Of a stretch of 64,000 nucleotides of DNA, positions 9,365 to 18,282 are shown piece after piece. Under the pieces are notes generated by a model. The model was not told the origin of the DNA, ran no database searches, and worked only from the letters and a program-made list of their open reading frames with translations. How positions within the stretch are numbered: position 1 is the first letter of the stretch; each line of letters opens with the position of its first letter. Location: assembly GCA_013694995.1 (NCBI GenBank), contig JACDBH010000004.1, positions 192,995 through 256,994 on the forward strand, in the 5' to 3' direction. This DNA comes from Candidatus Saccharimonadota bacterium (lineage in GTDB: Bacteria > Patescibacteriota > Saccharimonadia > Saccharimonadales > JACDBH01). A program made the translations under genes and the position numbers.

Positions 9365-9628
9365 CTAGACCCGGTGGCTACGGCCACGGAAAGCTCGGAC
9401 TACTGCGATAAGCAATACTGCTCCGCCGACTGCTACTAACAAGCTATAGAAACTGAAGCCATTTACGCCACTGGCACCGAAAGCTTGCATTAGGAATCCA
9501 CCCAGCAATGCTCCTAAAATACCGATAATTACATTAGCAACTGCGCCTTGTTCAGCATCTGTCCTCATAATTAATGATGCGATCCAACCGGCGAGCGCAC
9601 CTAGTATTATCCATGCAATGATACCCAT
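9365..9628 (-). CDS. GlsB/YeaQ/YmgE family stress-response membrane protein
   Basis: 87 aa. MGIIAWIILGALAGWIASLI and Gly-rich TM repeats are typical of the transglycosylase-associated family. Confidence 0.85.
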   Translation of the reverse strand: MGIIAWIILGALAGWIASLIMRTDAEQGAVANVIIGILGALLGGFLMQAFGASGVNGFSFYSLLVAVGGAVLLIAVVRAFRGRSHRV

Positions 9629-9672
9629 AATGAAATTCTCCTTGTTTTATTAACAAATAATTATTTAATGAA

Positions 9673-10065
9673 CTAATCGTGATGACGGAAAACATCAAGC
9701 ATACGGATGATTCCGACGCCGACCAATATGTAAACGATTGTAGCTACCAAAGTTTCTACTTCGAATCTCGAGACCCCAGCCGTTGGGCTGAGGTTGAACA
9801 ATCCCCGAAAGGGACTGACTAGAGGTGCCGTCACACCGTAGACGAAGTTAACTAATGTATTAGAAGCGTTAGCTCCGAAGAGCGCTAGCAGGAATCTTAA
9901 TAGCAAAAGGCTGCTGAAAAGTCCTATGACGAGCTGGATGACCTGTTGCGACCGTGTAATCCCGGGATTGTCGTCGCTTAAGCGTATTTCCGTATCGTCA
10001 GTATCTAAGGTATGGTCTCGATAGACTGGCACATCGTGATGGACTTTAGGATATATTTGTGCCAT
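9673..10065 (-). CDS. YggT-like membrane protein
   Basis: 130 aa. LLLLRFLLALFGAN...VTAPLVSPFRGLF plus a second TM, matching the YggT repeat pattern. Confidence 0.6.
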   Translation of the reverse strand: MAQIYPKVHHDVPVYRDHTLDTDDTEIRLSDDNPGITRSQQVIQLVIGLFSSLLLLRFLLALFGANASNTLVNFVYGVTAPLVSPFRGLFNLSPTAGVSRFEVETLVATIVYILVGVGIIRMLDVFRHHD

Positions 10066-10092
10066 TTATAAGCTCTCCTTTCTTAATCTAAT

Positions 10093-10206
10093 TTACTGCT
10101 CGCGGGAAACAGAACGCACCAAGCGTGGTAGATCTGGGTACTGCTCGGTCTTGCGGCTTAAAAAATTATTAATGCGTGTACCAAGTTTTTCGTTTGAATT
10201 TATCAT
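10093..10206 (-). CDS. candidate 37-aa protein (not in ORF track)
   Basis: Hand translation MINSNEKLGTRINNFLSRKTEQYPDLPRLVRSVSREQ. AAGGAGA SD 6 nt upstream of the ATG. First gene position of the minus-strand stress cluster. Confidence 0.3.
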   Translation of the reverse strand: MINSNEKLGTRINNFLSRKTEQYPDLPRLVRSVSREQ

Positions 10207-10371
10207 AGGCTTTCTCCTTAATATTTTTTAAATCATAATTTATGCGGTTATTGAATATGAGGGTTAAATTGTTAAGGCTGGCTATGGTTTCGAGGTGTAA
10301 TATCGACGAAACGATACTTATATAATAGGTATTTAAGCCATTACGTTCTGTGAAAGACCGAACAGTAATTT

Positions 10372-10387
10372 TGTAAAATTGTTTACA
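10372..10387. promoter_or_regulatory. CRP/FNR-like inverted repeat
   Basis: TGTAAA-attg-TTTACA (equivalently TGTAA-N6-TTACA), 18-33 nt upstream of the Crp/Fnr-family gene start. Resembles TGTGA-N6-TCACA. Confidence 0.3.
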
Positions 10388-10404
10388 ATAAGTACACTTT
10401 ATAT

Positions 10405-11064
10405 ATGAGTATATTACCTACAGCTATTTCAGTGGAGGCGGGACGGCGTTATCCAAAGGGCAGTATAGTGTTATTTCAGGGCGAAGTACCGCGCTACGGC
10501 TTCTTTGTGGTTGCGGGCAGCATCAAAACTTACGCTATAGACAACGACGGCAACGAACGAGTCGTAGGCTTTTCTTCAGAAGGTGATATCTTCCCCTTGG
10601 ACTGGCTACTTGGCATGAGCCGTTCTGCAATGTTTTATTATGAGACATTAATCGAAACCCAACTGGTTCCAATTATAAAACCATCCTTAGCAGAGACTAT
10701 TGATGCAGATTCTGAGGCTTCATTGTTTGTGCGGGATTATTTGCTGCGTGACGCTGCCAGTGGCCTGCTGCGCAACTTAGCACTACAGCAGTCTAACGCG
10801 TCCAACAAGATCCTATATTTATTTTATTACCTAGCTATCCGCCATGGTAAGCAAGTCAGTGCTGGGCTTTTCAACTTAGGACTGCCTCTAACACATCAGC
10901 TCATAGCTGATAACTTAGGGCTAACGCGTGAGACCGTAGCTGGAGAGATGAGCAAATTCAAGAAAGCTGGCGTAGTAGTCTATCGTCGCAAACAATACGT
11001 CGTTGATAAATTACTTTTAATAAAAACTGTCGGCAAAGAAATAACTGCTAATTTTTCGAACTAA
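10405..11064 (+). CDS. Crp/Fnr family transcriptional regulator
   Basis: 219 aa. N-terminal cNMP-binding beta-roll (FQGEVPRYGFFVVAGSIKTY) and C-terminal HTH (THQLIADNLGLTRETVAGEMSKFKKAG). Confidence 0.85.
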   Translation: MSILPTAISVEAGRRYPKGSIVLFQGEVPRYGFFVVAGSIKTYAIDNDGNERVVGFSSEGDIFPLDWLLGMSRSAMFYYETLIETQLVPIIKPSLAETIDADSEASLFVRDYLLRDAASGLLRNLALQQSNASNKILYLFYYLAIRHGKQVSAGLFNLGLPLTHQLIADNLGLTRETVAGEMSKFKKAGVVVYRRKQYVVDKLLLIKTVGKEITANFSN

Positions 11065-11168
11065 ATCTAAAATTAAATAAACCCGACCATTTCTTCGATT
11101 ATATATTCAAAACGTAATTAATTACTTAATTAGTTAGGATATTTCCACTTTCCTCTTTGTATTTATGA

Positions 11169-11540
11169 TTACTGGCTAATATCTTCAATAATTTTTATAA
11201 GGTCCTTAGGCGAAGCCCAGGCCTTTAATACATACTTGTCTACACCAAGCTTGAAGGCTTCGTCAATTTCTTTCTGCAAATCAAAGTTACTAAAAAGGAT
11301 TATCTTACTACGTTTTTTTAAATCAAGTTGCTTATAGACTCGCATAAAGCCAATGCCGTCAAGATTGGGCATTTTTAAATCGAGAAGTATAATGTCGGGC
11401 TGGAACTGTGGGAGTATTTCAAGAGCTTCATTACCATCGAATGCGACTGAGACTTCATGCCCGGTTTTTTCAAGTATGGTTTTGTAAGCGCTGTTCAAAA
11501 CTTTTTCGTCTTCAACAACAAGAATTTTAAGATTAGGCAT
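11169..11540 (-). CDS. single-domain response regulator (receiver only)
   Basis: 123 aa. ILVVEDE, DIILLDLKMPNLDG, conserved K in YVLKAW. No output domain. Confidence 0.9.
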   Translation of the reverse strand: MPNLKILVVEDEKVLNSAYKTILEKTGHEVSVAFDGNEALEILPQFQPDIILLDLKMPNLDGIGFMRVYKQLDLKKRSKIILFSNFDLQKEIDEAFKLGVDKYVLKAWASPKDLIKIIEDISQ

Positions 11541-11556
11541 TAGGTTAATGCTAGCT

Positions 11557-13359
11557 TCAATTTTTAGTGTTTTCTGTAACTTTTCTTACATTTTTTCTGT
11601 TGAATATAGCAGTAAAAGTAGAACCTTTGTTCGGAATTGATATAACTGTAATCTCGCCGCCATTTAAACGAGCTAAGTATTGAGCCAAGTATAGGCCTAT
11701 GCCGCTGCCCGTAGTCTGCTTTGTCAACTCGTTTGGAATTCTTGAAAACTGCCGGAATAAGCGCTTTTGTTCACTGCGCTCAATACCAACGCCGTTGTCA
11801 GTCACTGATAGTAAACATTTATATGCCATCTTCTTTAGCTTTACAGTTATCTTGCCTCTAGCAGGAGTGTATTTAATTGCATTACTAATAAGGTTCTCGA
11901 TAATCATCCGGGCACTGTGTGGGTCGGCCTTTACTAAAATCCGTGTTTTAGGAAATATGAATTTGAGGCTGTGACCGGCATCGGCTATTTCTGTGCGCAT
12001 ACCATCCAATATATCCCTTGTAAGCTCAGCCAGATCAAACGTTTGCAGGCTGACTACGATCCTATCTGCATCGGCCTTTGCCATATAAAGGAATTCGTTG
12101 ATTATCCTCAACTGCCGTTCATTGCTTTCGTAAGCACGGCTTAAAATATCCCGCTGCTCATCGTTCATCTCGCCTACAAAGCCTTCTAGTAACATACCGA
12201 CATACTGTTTAACTCCAGTTGCCGGAGTACGCAACTGGTGCGATGCCAGCGACAACATGTCGTCCTTGGCGCGCTGCAGCTTCCGCTCTTCCTTATGAGA
12301 TAGGGCTTTGGTTCGCTTCTGAAGCAAGAAATATACGCCAGCTGCGACTATCAGAGAAAATATTGTCCCACCGTAAGCAACCGAGGCAGGACGCTCGCGG
12401 AGGGTCCGTGGCACAATAGTATCTTTAGCGCTATATTGGAACATCCACAACTGATCGAATAAAGTCACCTCGTTCCTAGTCACTAATTTATGGTTCTCTG
12501 CAACGTCGGAGCTATTCTGGCTGAATAAGCGAAACTCGTTTTTGTCGCTAGTACTATCATATATTTCAAAACTAAAGTTGGGGTCATTGGAATCGAATAT
12601 AGTTCCAAACAATTCTTCTGCCCGAAATGGCGTATATATATACCCAATAATTGCTGCCCGGCGTTGCTCAATGCTATCTAGAGGCATGTTAATCTTATAA
12701 ACTGGATGGAATAAGACAAAGCCGTGCTTCAAATCATTGTCTTTATCTTGGAGCAGCTGGACCAGATCGGTTAGCGAAACCCGTCCACTGTCGCGAGCTT
12801 TCTCCATCGCTGCCCGTCTTACAGGATCACTATACAAATCGTATCCCAATGTAGGCTGGTTAAGGGAATTAAAGGGCTCTATATAAGTTATGCTGCTGTA
12901 CAAATCACGTGTTGGTTCGCGAGGGCTAATATTAAAATTACTAAAGCCCTCGTTACGTATACGGTTTTCATAACCGTCAAGATCCGAAGGGCTGATAAAC
13001 TCGATGAAGCCTACGCCTAACAAACCTGGAAACCGTTCATTTATTTCAAGCGAGCCTATAAAACGTCGCCATTCATCACGGCTGACGCTAAAGGATCCGT
13101 TGAATATACCGACTCCGGCTCTAAGGATATTATCGTATTGATTCAAGCGCTGCTTGACAGTAGTTTCTACAAAAATAGAGCGTTGGAAAACCGTTTCGCT
13201 CTGACTTTTCTGTACATCACGAACAGCCGTACGCCAGCTAAGTCCAATAATAATCATTAGAGTCAAAAAGACGATGACCGTAGGTATTAAATGGATTGAA
13301 AGCAGGTCATAGCTTGTTAAGTGGTTTGTCTTCCATCTGTCAAAACGTAGTTTAATCAT
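11557..13359 (-). CDS. CHASE-domain sensor histidine kinase
   Basis: 600 aa. TM, then a periplasmic CHASE-like region (ITYIEPFNSLNQPTLGYDLYSDPVRRAAMEKARDSG...GFVLFHPVY), second TM, H-box SLASHQLRTPAT, N-box LISNAIKYT, G-box GSGIGLYLAQ. Confidence 0.85.
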   Translation of the reverse strand: MIKLRFDRWKTNHLTSYDLLSIHLIPTVIVFLTLMIIIGLSWRTAVRDVQKSQSETVFQRSIFVETTVKQRLNQYDNILRAGVGIFNGSFSVSRDEWRRFIGSLEINERFPGLLGVGFIEFISPSDLDGYENRIRNEGFSNFNISPREPTRDLYSSITYIEPFNSLNQPTLGYDLYSDPVRRAAMEKARDSGRVSLTDLVQLLQDKDNDLKHGFVLFHPVYKINMPLDSIEQRRAAIIGYIYTPFRAEELFGTIFDSNDPNFSFEIYDSTSDKNEFRLFSQNSSDVAENHKLVTRNEVTLFDQLWMFQYSAKDTIVPRTLRERPASVAYGGTIFSLIVAAGVYFLLQKRTKALSHKEERKLQRAKDDMLSLASHQLRTPATGVKQYVGMLLEGFVGEMNDEQRDILSRAYESNERQLRIINEFLYMAKADADRIVVSLQTFDLAELTRDILDGMRTEIADAGHSLKFIFPKTRILVKADPHSARMIIENLISNAIKYTPARGKITVKLKKMAYKCLLSVTDNGVGIERSEQKRLFRQFSRIPNELTKQTTGSGIGLYLAQYLARLNGGEITVISIPNKGSTFTAIFNRKNVRKVTENTKN

Positions 13360-13489
13360 ATCGGTTAATATTATCTTACGAAATTAACCATCTTTACAAC
13401 AGTAAGCTATCTAACTATTAGCCTTACAAATGTCAATTTATATAGTTCGCTTGTGAGCGAAACTTTTTTAGGTCTATACTGATTTTACA

Positions 13490-14629
13490 ATGGAAAAAGG
13501 AAAAAGACTTATTTTAATTATAGCCATATTAATTATAGCTAGTGGAGCAGGGCTTTATTTATTCCGAGACAAACTCACAAGCAGATTCTTGGCACCGACA
13601 AAAAGCAACCTAACTCAAGGACTTACAGACCAAACTAGTCCAGAAGAAATTATAACTATCGCCCAAAACCTTAGTGTGCCATGGGATATTGCAGCTTTGC
13701 CAGGTGGCAATGGCGATATACTTGTGACTGAGCGTACCGGCACGCTAAAACGCATTGGTCAAAATAAGATAACCTATCTGGTGGCGGGTGTTGAAGCCGT
13801 AGGTGAGGGCGGTTTGTTGGGCTTGGCACTGGACCCGGACTTCGGCAATAACCAATATGTATATCTTTATCTGACTACTAAAGTAGTTAATGGGCTAGAA
13901 AACCGAGTCGAGCGGTACAAATTGGAAAGCGACATATTAACTGATAAAAAAATAATATTAACAGGAATTCCCGGTGCCGAAAATCATGACGGTGGGCAAT
14001 TGTCATTCGGTCCTGACGGCAAGCTTTATATTTCAACTGGAGACGGAGGTAAAGCAGACTCGGCTCAAAATATCAATTCATTGTCGGGCAAAATCCTTAG
14101 GTTGAACCCTGATGGAACTATACCTGCCGACAATCCCTTTAATAATGCGATATATAGTTACGGGCATCGGAATGTCCAAGGTATAGCGTGGGATAAAGCC
14201 GGAGGATTGTGGGCTACCGAACATGGCCGCTCAGGAATAAGCTCTGGATATGACGAACTGAATTTTATAGAGAAAGGTGCTAACTATGGCTGGCCGGTGA
14301 TAGAAGGTGACGAGATCCAGGAAGGTATGCGACGGCCAGTAGTGCATTCGGGCGAGAACGAAACATGGGCGCCAGCCGGTCTAGATTATGCGGATGGTTC
14401 GCTGTTCTTTGCCGGCCTACGAGGGTCTAGCTTGTATCAGGCGGTAATTATTTCAAACACAGAAGTTCAACTGACGGCGCACTTTACAAAAGATTACGGC
14501 AGGCTTAGAGCAGTAACTGTTTTTGACGAGGCAATTTACGTGTCATCCTCCAATACTGATGGACGGGGTACTCCGCTTAGTAGTGACGACAAGATTTACC
14601 GTATACCGCTCAGCTTGTTCATTGATTAG
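13490..14629 (+). CDS. PQQ-dependent sugar dehydrogenase (sorbosone/aldose dehydrogenase family), membrane-anchored
   Basis: 379 aa. Beta-propeller motifs GEGGLLGLALDPDF, HDGGQLSFGPDGKLYISTGD, GKILRLNPDG, YGHRNVQG, ANYGWP. Confidence 0.85.
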   Translation: MEKGKRLILIIAILIIASGAGLYLFRDKLTSRFLAPTKSNLTQGLTDQTSPEEIITIAQNLSVPWDIAALPGGNGDILVTERTGTLKRIGQNKITYLVAGVEAVGEGGLLGLALDPDFGNNQYVYLYLTTKVVNGLENRVERYKLESDILTDKKIILTGIPGAENHDGGQLSFGPDGKLYISTGDGGKADSAQNINSLSGKILRLNPDGTIPADNPFNNAIYSYGHRNVQGIAWDKAGGLWATEHGRSGISSGYDELNFIEKGANYGWPVIEGDEIQEGMRRPVVHSGENETWAPAGLDYADGSLFFAGLRGSSLYQAVIISNTEVQLTAHFTKDYGRLRAVTVFDEAIYVSSSNTDGRGTPLSSDDKIYRIPLSLFID

Positions 14630-14827
14630 TAAAATAGTCTACAGACATTTAATTGCCAGGGTAGTATCTTTGTACTGTAATAATATTTAGTGTTATATAA
14701 ACTAGCAAACAAGTATCTTTAATTAGCTAAGTTCTTGTTTGATGAAATTTAATATTTTAATAGAAGGATGCTACAGGCTTGATATATTTTATTTTGCTAT
14801 AATGAAAGCAAAAGGGGAACTGTTTTA

Positions 14828-15148
14828 GTGAAGTTAGCATCTAACGACTCGCGCTCTTACCGGCCGGCGGAACTTTTATTATTAGGTATTATTCTGCTGC
14901 TAAGTGGTTTTGTAATTTGGGCTTCTAGTATTATTAATACTACTAATAAGAGGGGTGATAATAGATCCGTATCTGATAATACAGCTCAGCTGGGTACTGT
15001 AGAAGCCGTCGACCAAGCAACCAACGCTGATATTATTGCCGAAAAGGCAATTGATACAACATCTGATAGAGCTGAATCAACTAGCTACATAGGGATTGAT
15101 AACGCGGCTGAGCATATGGGAAGCGTATATGATGAAACTACCTATTAG
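14828..15148 (+). CDS. small membrane-anchored protein, unknown
   Basis: 106-aa ORF with GTG start and AAGGGG upstream. One TM (LLLLGIILLLSGFVIWA). Confidence 0.45.
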   Translation: MKLASNDSRSYRPAELLLLGIILLLSGFVIWASSIINTTNKRGDNRSVSDNTAQLGTVEAVDQATNADIIAEKAIDTTSDRAESTSYIGIDNAAEHMGSVYDETTY

Positions 15149-15872
15149 CTTTATATCTTTAGCTATTATTTCTTCGGCGGTTTTATTATTTCTACCAAAC
15201 GTTTCTGGTGCCCAGGAATTATCAGAACGCGAAGAATCTGTTTGTGAGGTACTTGAGCAACGTGCGTCAGAAATTCAGAAAAATTTAGAAGAACGAGCAT
15301 TAGCAGTAGTTGAAGTCCAGGCCAAGCATCAGTTAAACATATCTGAACGTCGCATAAAGCTCGGAGAATCAGCAGTTGCACATAGGGCGAAAGCAGATAT
15401 AGATCGTACGATTGCTATCAATGCAATGTCCGAAATTGCCGAAACAAAAATAGAGCAGGCAGCAGTTGAAACCTATCGACAGGCGGTGGATGCGGCCACA
15501 GCTAAACGAAGGGATAACTTTGATGCAGCGAGGCTAGATTTCTTGAATAAACTTATTGATATAAATCAGGACCACTATACTGCAACAGAGGCAGCTGTAT
15601 TAAAGTTCAGGACCAAAGTTGCTACAACTATTTCTTATACACGTAATGCTTGCCAACAGAATACTTTTAAAGGTGTTGTGCATGCGGAATTTGTAAAAGG
15701 GTTACAGGATGCTCGTTTAGGTTATATATCATTTCGGGCGGAGCTGAAACATCCCCGTCAAGGCTTAAAGTTTTTAATTGAGGAACGCAGCACGGTTTAC
15801 AAGACTATAGTCACCGATTTTGAGGAAGAAATGCAAACTGCACGGGACGAGCTGCGACTGGTATTTAAGTAG
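15129..15872 (+). CDS. secreted coiled-coil protein, unknown
   Basis: Track ORF starts at 15096. I prefer ATG 15129 (MMKLPISFISLAIISSAVLLFLPNVSGAQE looks like a signal peptide). The rest is Ala/Glu/Arg-rich and helical. Confidence 0.5.
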   Translation: MMKLPISFISLAIISSAVLLFLPNVSGAQELSEREESVCEVLEQRASEIQKNLEERALAVVEVQAKHQLNISERRIKLGESAVAHRAKADIDRTIAINAMSEIAETKIEQAAVETYRQAVDAATAKRRDNFDAARLDFLNKLIDINQDHYTATEAAVLKFRTKVATTISYTRNACQQNTFKGVVHAEFVKGLQDARLGYISFRAELKHPRQGLKFLIEERSTVYKTIVTDFEEEMQTARDELRLVFK

Positions 15873-16290
15873 CTGCTTTTTTAGTTTGGCATTCGGGGCA
15901 GAGCCCATATACCTCAAGGCCATGATTTTGTAATACGAATCCGTGAGAAGCGGCAATGCCTGACACAATTTCGTCAAATCGGTCTGGTTCATCGAAGCTT
16001 ATTATGCGATGACATTTGTTACAGGTCAGATGGTGGTGATGAGGAGTAAAAGCGTCACTTAGTTCCAGGCGGTATTTCCAACCATGCTGTATGCGGGTGA
16101 TGATTCCAAGTTCCTCAAATAACGCTACAGCTCGGTAAACACTGGCCCTGTTAATTATATCCGAGACACTTGTAACTAATTGATTCATGGTTTTAGGCTT
16201 TGGAGCCTGCAGAGCTCCAAAAACAGTCATGCGTGGTTTGGTGAGGCTGTGACCGGCTTCACGTAGAGTTTGTGCTAAAAGATCGATCAT
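15865..16290 (-). CDS. Fur family transcriptional repressor (Zur-like by context)
   Basis: Winged helix plus metal sites HHHHLTCNKCHRII and CPEC. Track start 16326 would add an implausible Cys/Tyr-rich leader, so I prefer Met13 (16290). Divergent from a ZIP transporter. Confidence 0.8.
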   Translation of the reverse strand: MIDLLAQTLREAGHSLTKPRMTVFGALQAPKPKTMNQLVTSVSDIINRASVYRAVALFEELGIITRIQHGWKYRLELSDAFTPHHHHLTCNKCHRIISFDEPDRFDEIVSGIAASHGFVLQNHGLEVYGLCPECQTKKAAT

Positions 16291-16356
16291 ATAACAATAA
16301 TAACAATAATTGCGACAGATTTGCAAAAATAATTTGTTTTCAGCTAAGCTTTATTT

Positions 16357-17190
16357 ATGAATGATTATCTTCAACTTATTGGACTTACACTAATCGGCGG
16401 CTTGATTTCTTTATCCGTAGCCGTATTACTGCTAAGTAAGCGTAAATTAGCAGAGGCTCTAGCCCATTATACGACGCCGTTTGCGGCTGGTGCACTACTT
16501 GGGGCCGTTTTCTTAGATTTACTAAAAGATGGTATAGAAAAAACTTCGTCCGACACAGTGCTGCTTGCCACACTCATCGGTATGCTGATATTTTTCTTTA
16601 CCGAACGTTTCCTTCGGTGGTTTCATCACCATCATGAACATGAGGACGAAAACGCCACCAAGCCGCTTATAATAGCTGGAGATACTCTGCACAATGCACT
16701 TGACGGAGTAGCGATTGCAGCAGCCTTTTTACTAAATCCTGCTACAGGTATTGTTACAACAATTGCTGTAGCTGCTCATGAAATACCGCAGGAAATCGGT
16801 GATTTCGGCTTATTGCTTAAAAAAGGTATGTCACGTCGTAACGTTATACTTGTCAATATCGGCAGTGCACTAGGAACTACAGTTGCGGGCGTCATTACTT
16901 ATGCTTTAGGCAGTGCCGATACATTGCCAATTGGATTTCTATTGGGCCTGAGTGCTGGCTTCCTGTTGTATATTGCTGCTAGCGACATTATTCCGGAGCT
17001 GCATGAACACTCCAAAACTAAGAGGCTGTTTGACTGGCAACCGATGCTACTTTTGCTGGGCGTCCTTGTGGTCGGCTTGAGCGTGAACCTCGCCCATCGT
17101 TATATTCAAGACGACTCCAAAAAAGAATACATACAAGCAGAGGGCTATCTTCCTCATATCGACGATAGCGGGCACGACCATACGGAATAA
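16357..17190 (+). CDS. ZIP family metal (zinc) transporter
   Basis: 277 aa. ZIP signature HNALDGVAIAAAF and AHEIPQEIGDFGLL. His-rich loop WFHHHHEHEDEN. Confidence 0.85.
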   Translation: MNDYLQLIGLTLIGGLISLSVAVLLLSKRKLAEALAHYTTPFAAGALLGAVFLDLLKDGIEKTSSDTVLLATLIGMLIFFFTERFLRWFHHHHEHEDENATKPLIIAGDTLHNALDGVAIAAAFLLNPATGIVTTIAVAAHEIPQEIGDFGLLLKKGMSRRNVILVNIGSALGTTVAGVITYALGSADTLPIGFLLGLSAGFLLYIAASDIIPELHEHSKTKRLFDWQPMLLLLGVLVVGLSVNLAHRYIQDDSKKEYIQAEGYLPHIDDSGHDHTE

Positions 17191-17207
17191 GCTGCTATAA
17201 TTGGCTC

Positions 17208-18263
17208 ATGACAACGGTGGTAATAATTCTAGGGCTCTTGGTCGGCGTACTGATTTTTTTGCTATTTCGTAAACAAAACACACCACCTGGTGATGCGGTT
17301 AGCGCACTCTTAAAACAAGACCTAACTGAAATTAGTCGTGGCATGAGTGAACTTAAAGAATCCTTAGGTAATAAAATCGATATAAGGTTGGAAAAAAGCC
17401 AAGCGAGCATGGGCCTGCAACTTGAATCCAGCGCTAAACTTATAAAAGATGTAACAGAACGGCTAACTAAGCTTGATGAAACAAATAAGCGGGTGGTGGA
17501 TGTGGCTGACGAACTTAAGCAACTTCAGAACGTTTTGCAAAACCCCAAACAGCGTGGAGTTTTGGGAGAATTTTACCTTGAGCAGATTCTGCAGAACCTA
17601 TTGCCACCCGGTTCATATGAGCTGCAGTATAAACTGGCCGAAGGTTTTATTGTTGATGCAGTCATTATTCTGGAAGGCAAGATGCTGCCGATAGACAGCA
17701 AGTTTAGTCTAGAAAATTATAATCGACTGATTGATGCCAAAGGCTCAGAACGGCTTATTCTAGAACGGAGTTTTAAAGACGATCTGAAAAAACGCATTGA
17801 TGAAACTGCCAGGTACATCCAACCAAAACGCGGAACACTGGAACAAGCCTTTATGTTTATACCTAGCGAGGCTATCTATTATGACTTGTTGGCTAATAAA
17901 GTCGGCGCTGCCGGTGTTAATGGCAGGGATCTTTTACAGTATGCCGTAAGGGATAAAAAAGTTACCATCGTCGGCCCGAGTACTCTTTCAGTTATGCTGC
18001 TTACTATTGTTGAGGGTATGCGTAGCCACCAGATTCAAAAAGATTTTGAAGTAATAAGGAAAAACATTGAGCAGTTGTCGACCCATCTTATTGCCTATGA
18101 TGGGCATTTTAAGAAAGTTGGTAATAGTCTAGGCGCGACTGTCGGGCATTACAACAGCGCCAGCAAGGAACTAGCCCGCATAGATAAAGACATTGTCAAG
18201 ATCGCAGCTACCGAAGCCAGTATCGACCCGCTTCTACTAGACAGGCCTAATCTCGAAGATTAA
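17208..18263 (+). CDS. rmuC: DNA recombination protein RmuC
   Basis: 351 aa. N-terminal TM, coiled coil, and C-terminal RmuC nuclease-like region (PKQRGVLGEFYLEQIL, IVDAVI..LPIDSKF, FMFIPSEAIY). Confidence 0.85.
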   Translation: MTTVVIILGLLVGVLIFLLFRKQNTPPGDAVSALLKQDLTEISRGMSELKESLGNKIDIRLEKSQASMGLQLESSAKLIKDVTERLTKLDETNKRVVDVADELKQLQNVLQNPKQRGVLGEFYLEQILQNLLPPGSYELQYKLAEGFIVDAVIILEGKMLPIDSKFSLENYNRLIDAKGSERLILERSFKDDLKKRIDETARYIQPKRGTLEQAFMFIPSEAIYYDLLANKVGAAGVNGRDLLQYAVRDKKVTIVGPSTLSVMLLTIVEGMRSHQIQKDFEVIRKNIEQLSTHLIAYDGHFKKVGNSLGATVGHYNSASKELARIDKDIVKIAATEASIDPLLLDRPNLED

Positions 18264-18282
18264 TCTTCTCTTAAGGGATAAG

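Noticed and set aside
11115-11126. 12-bp palindrome GTAATTAATTAC downstream of the Crp/Fnr gene as a Zur/Fur-type box.
   Set aside because: It is short and entirely A/T-rich apart from the ends, and it lies in an AT-rich convergent gene-end spacer where such palindromes arise easily. No promoter is adjacent.
15096-15128. Track start 15096 for the secreted coiled-coil protein, and track start 16326 for the Fur-family gene.
   Set aside because: The extra N-terminal residues (MITRLSIWEAY and MQICRNYCYYCY) precede a clean signal peptide and the conserved Fur N-terminus respectively. Internal ATGs at 15129 and 16290 give more plausible proteins.
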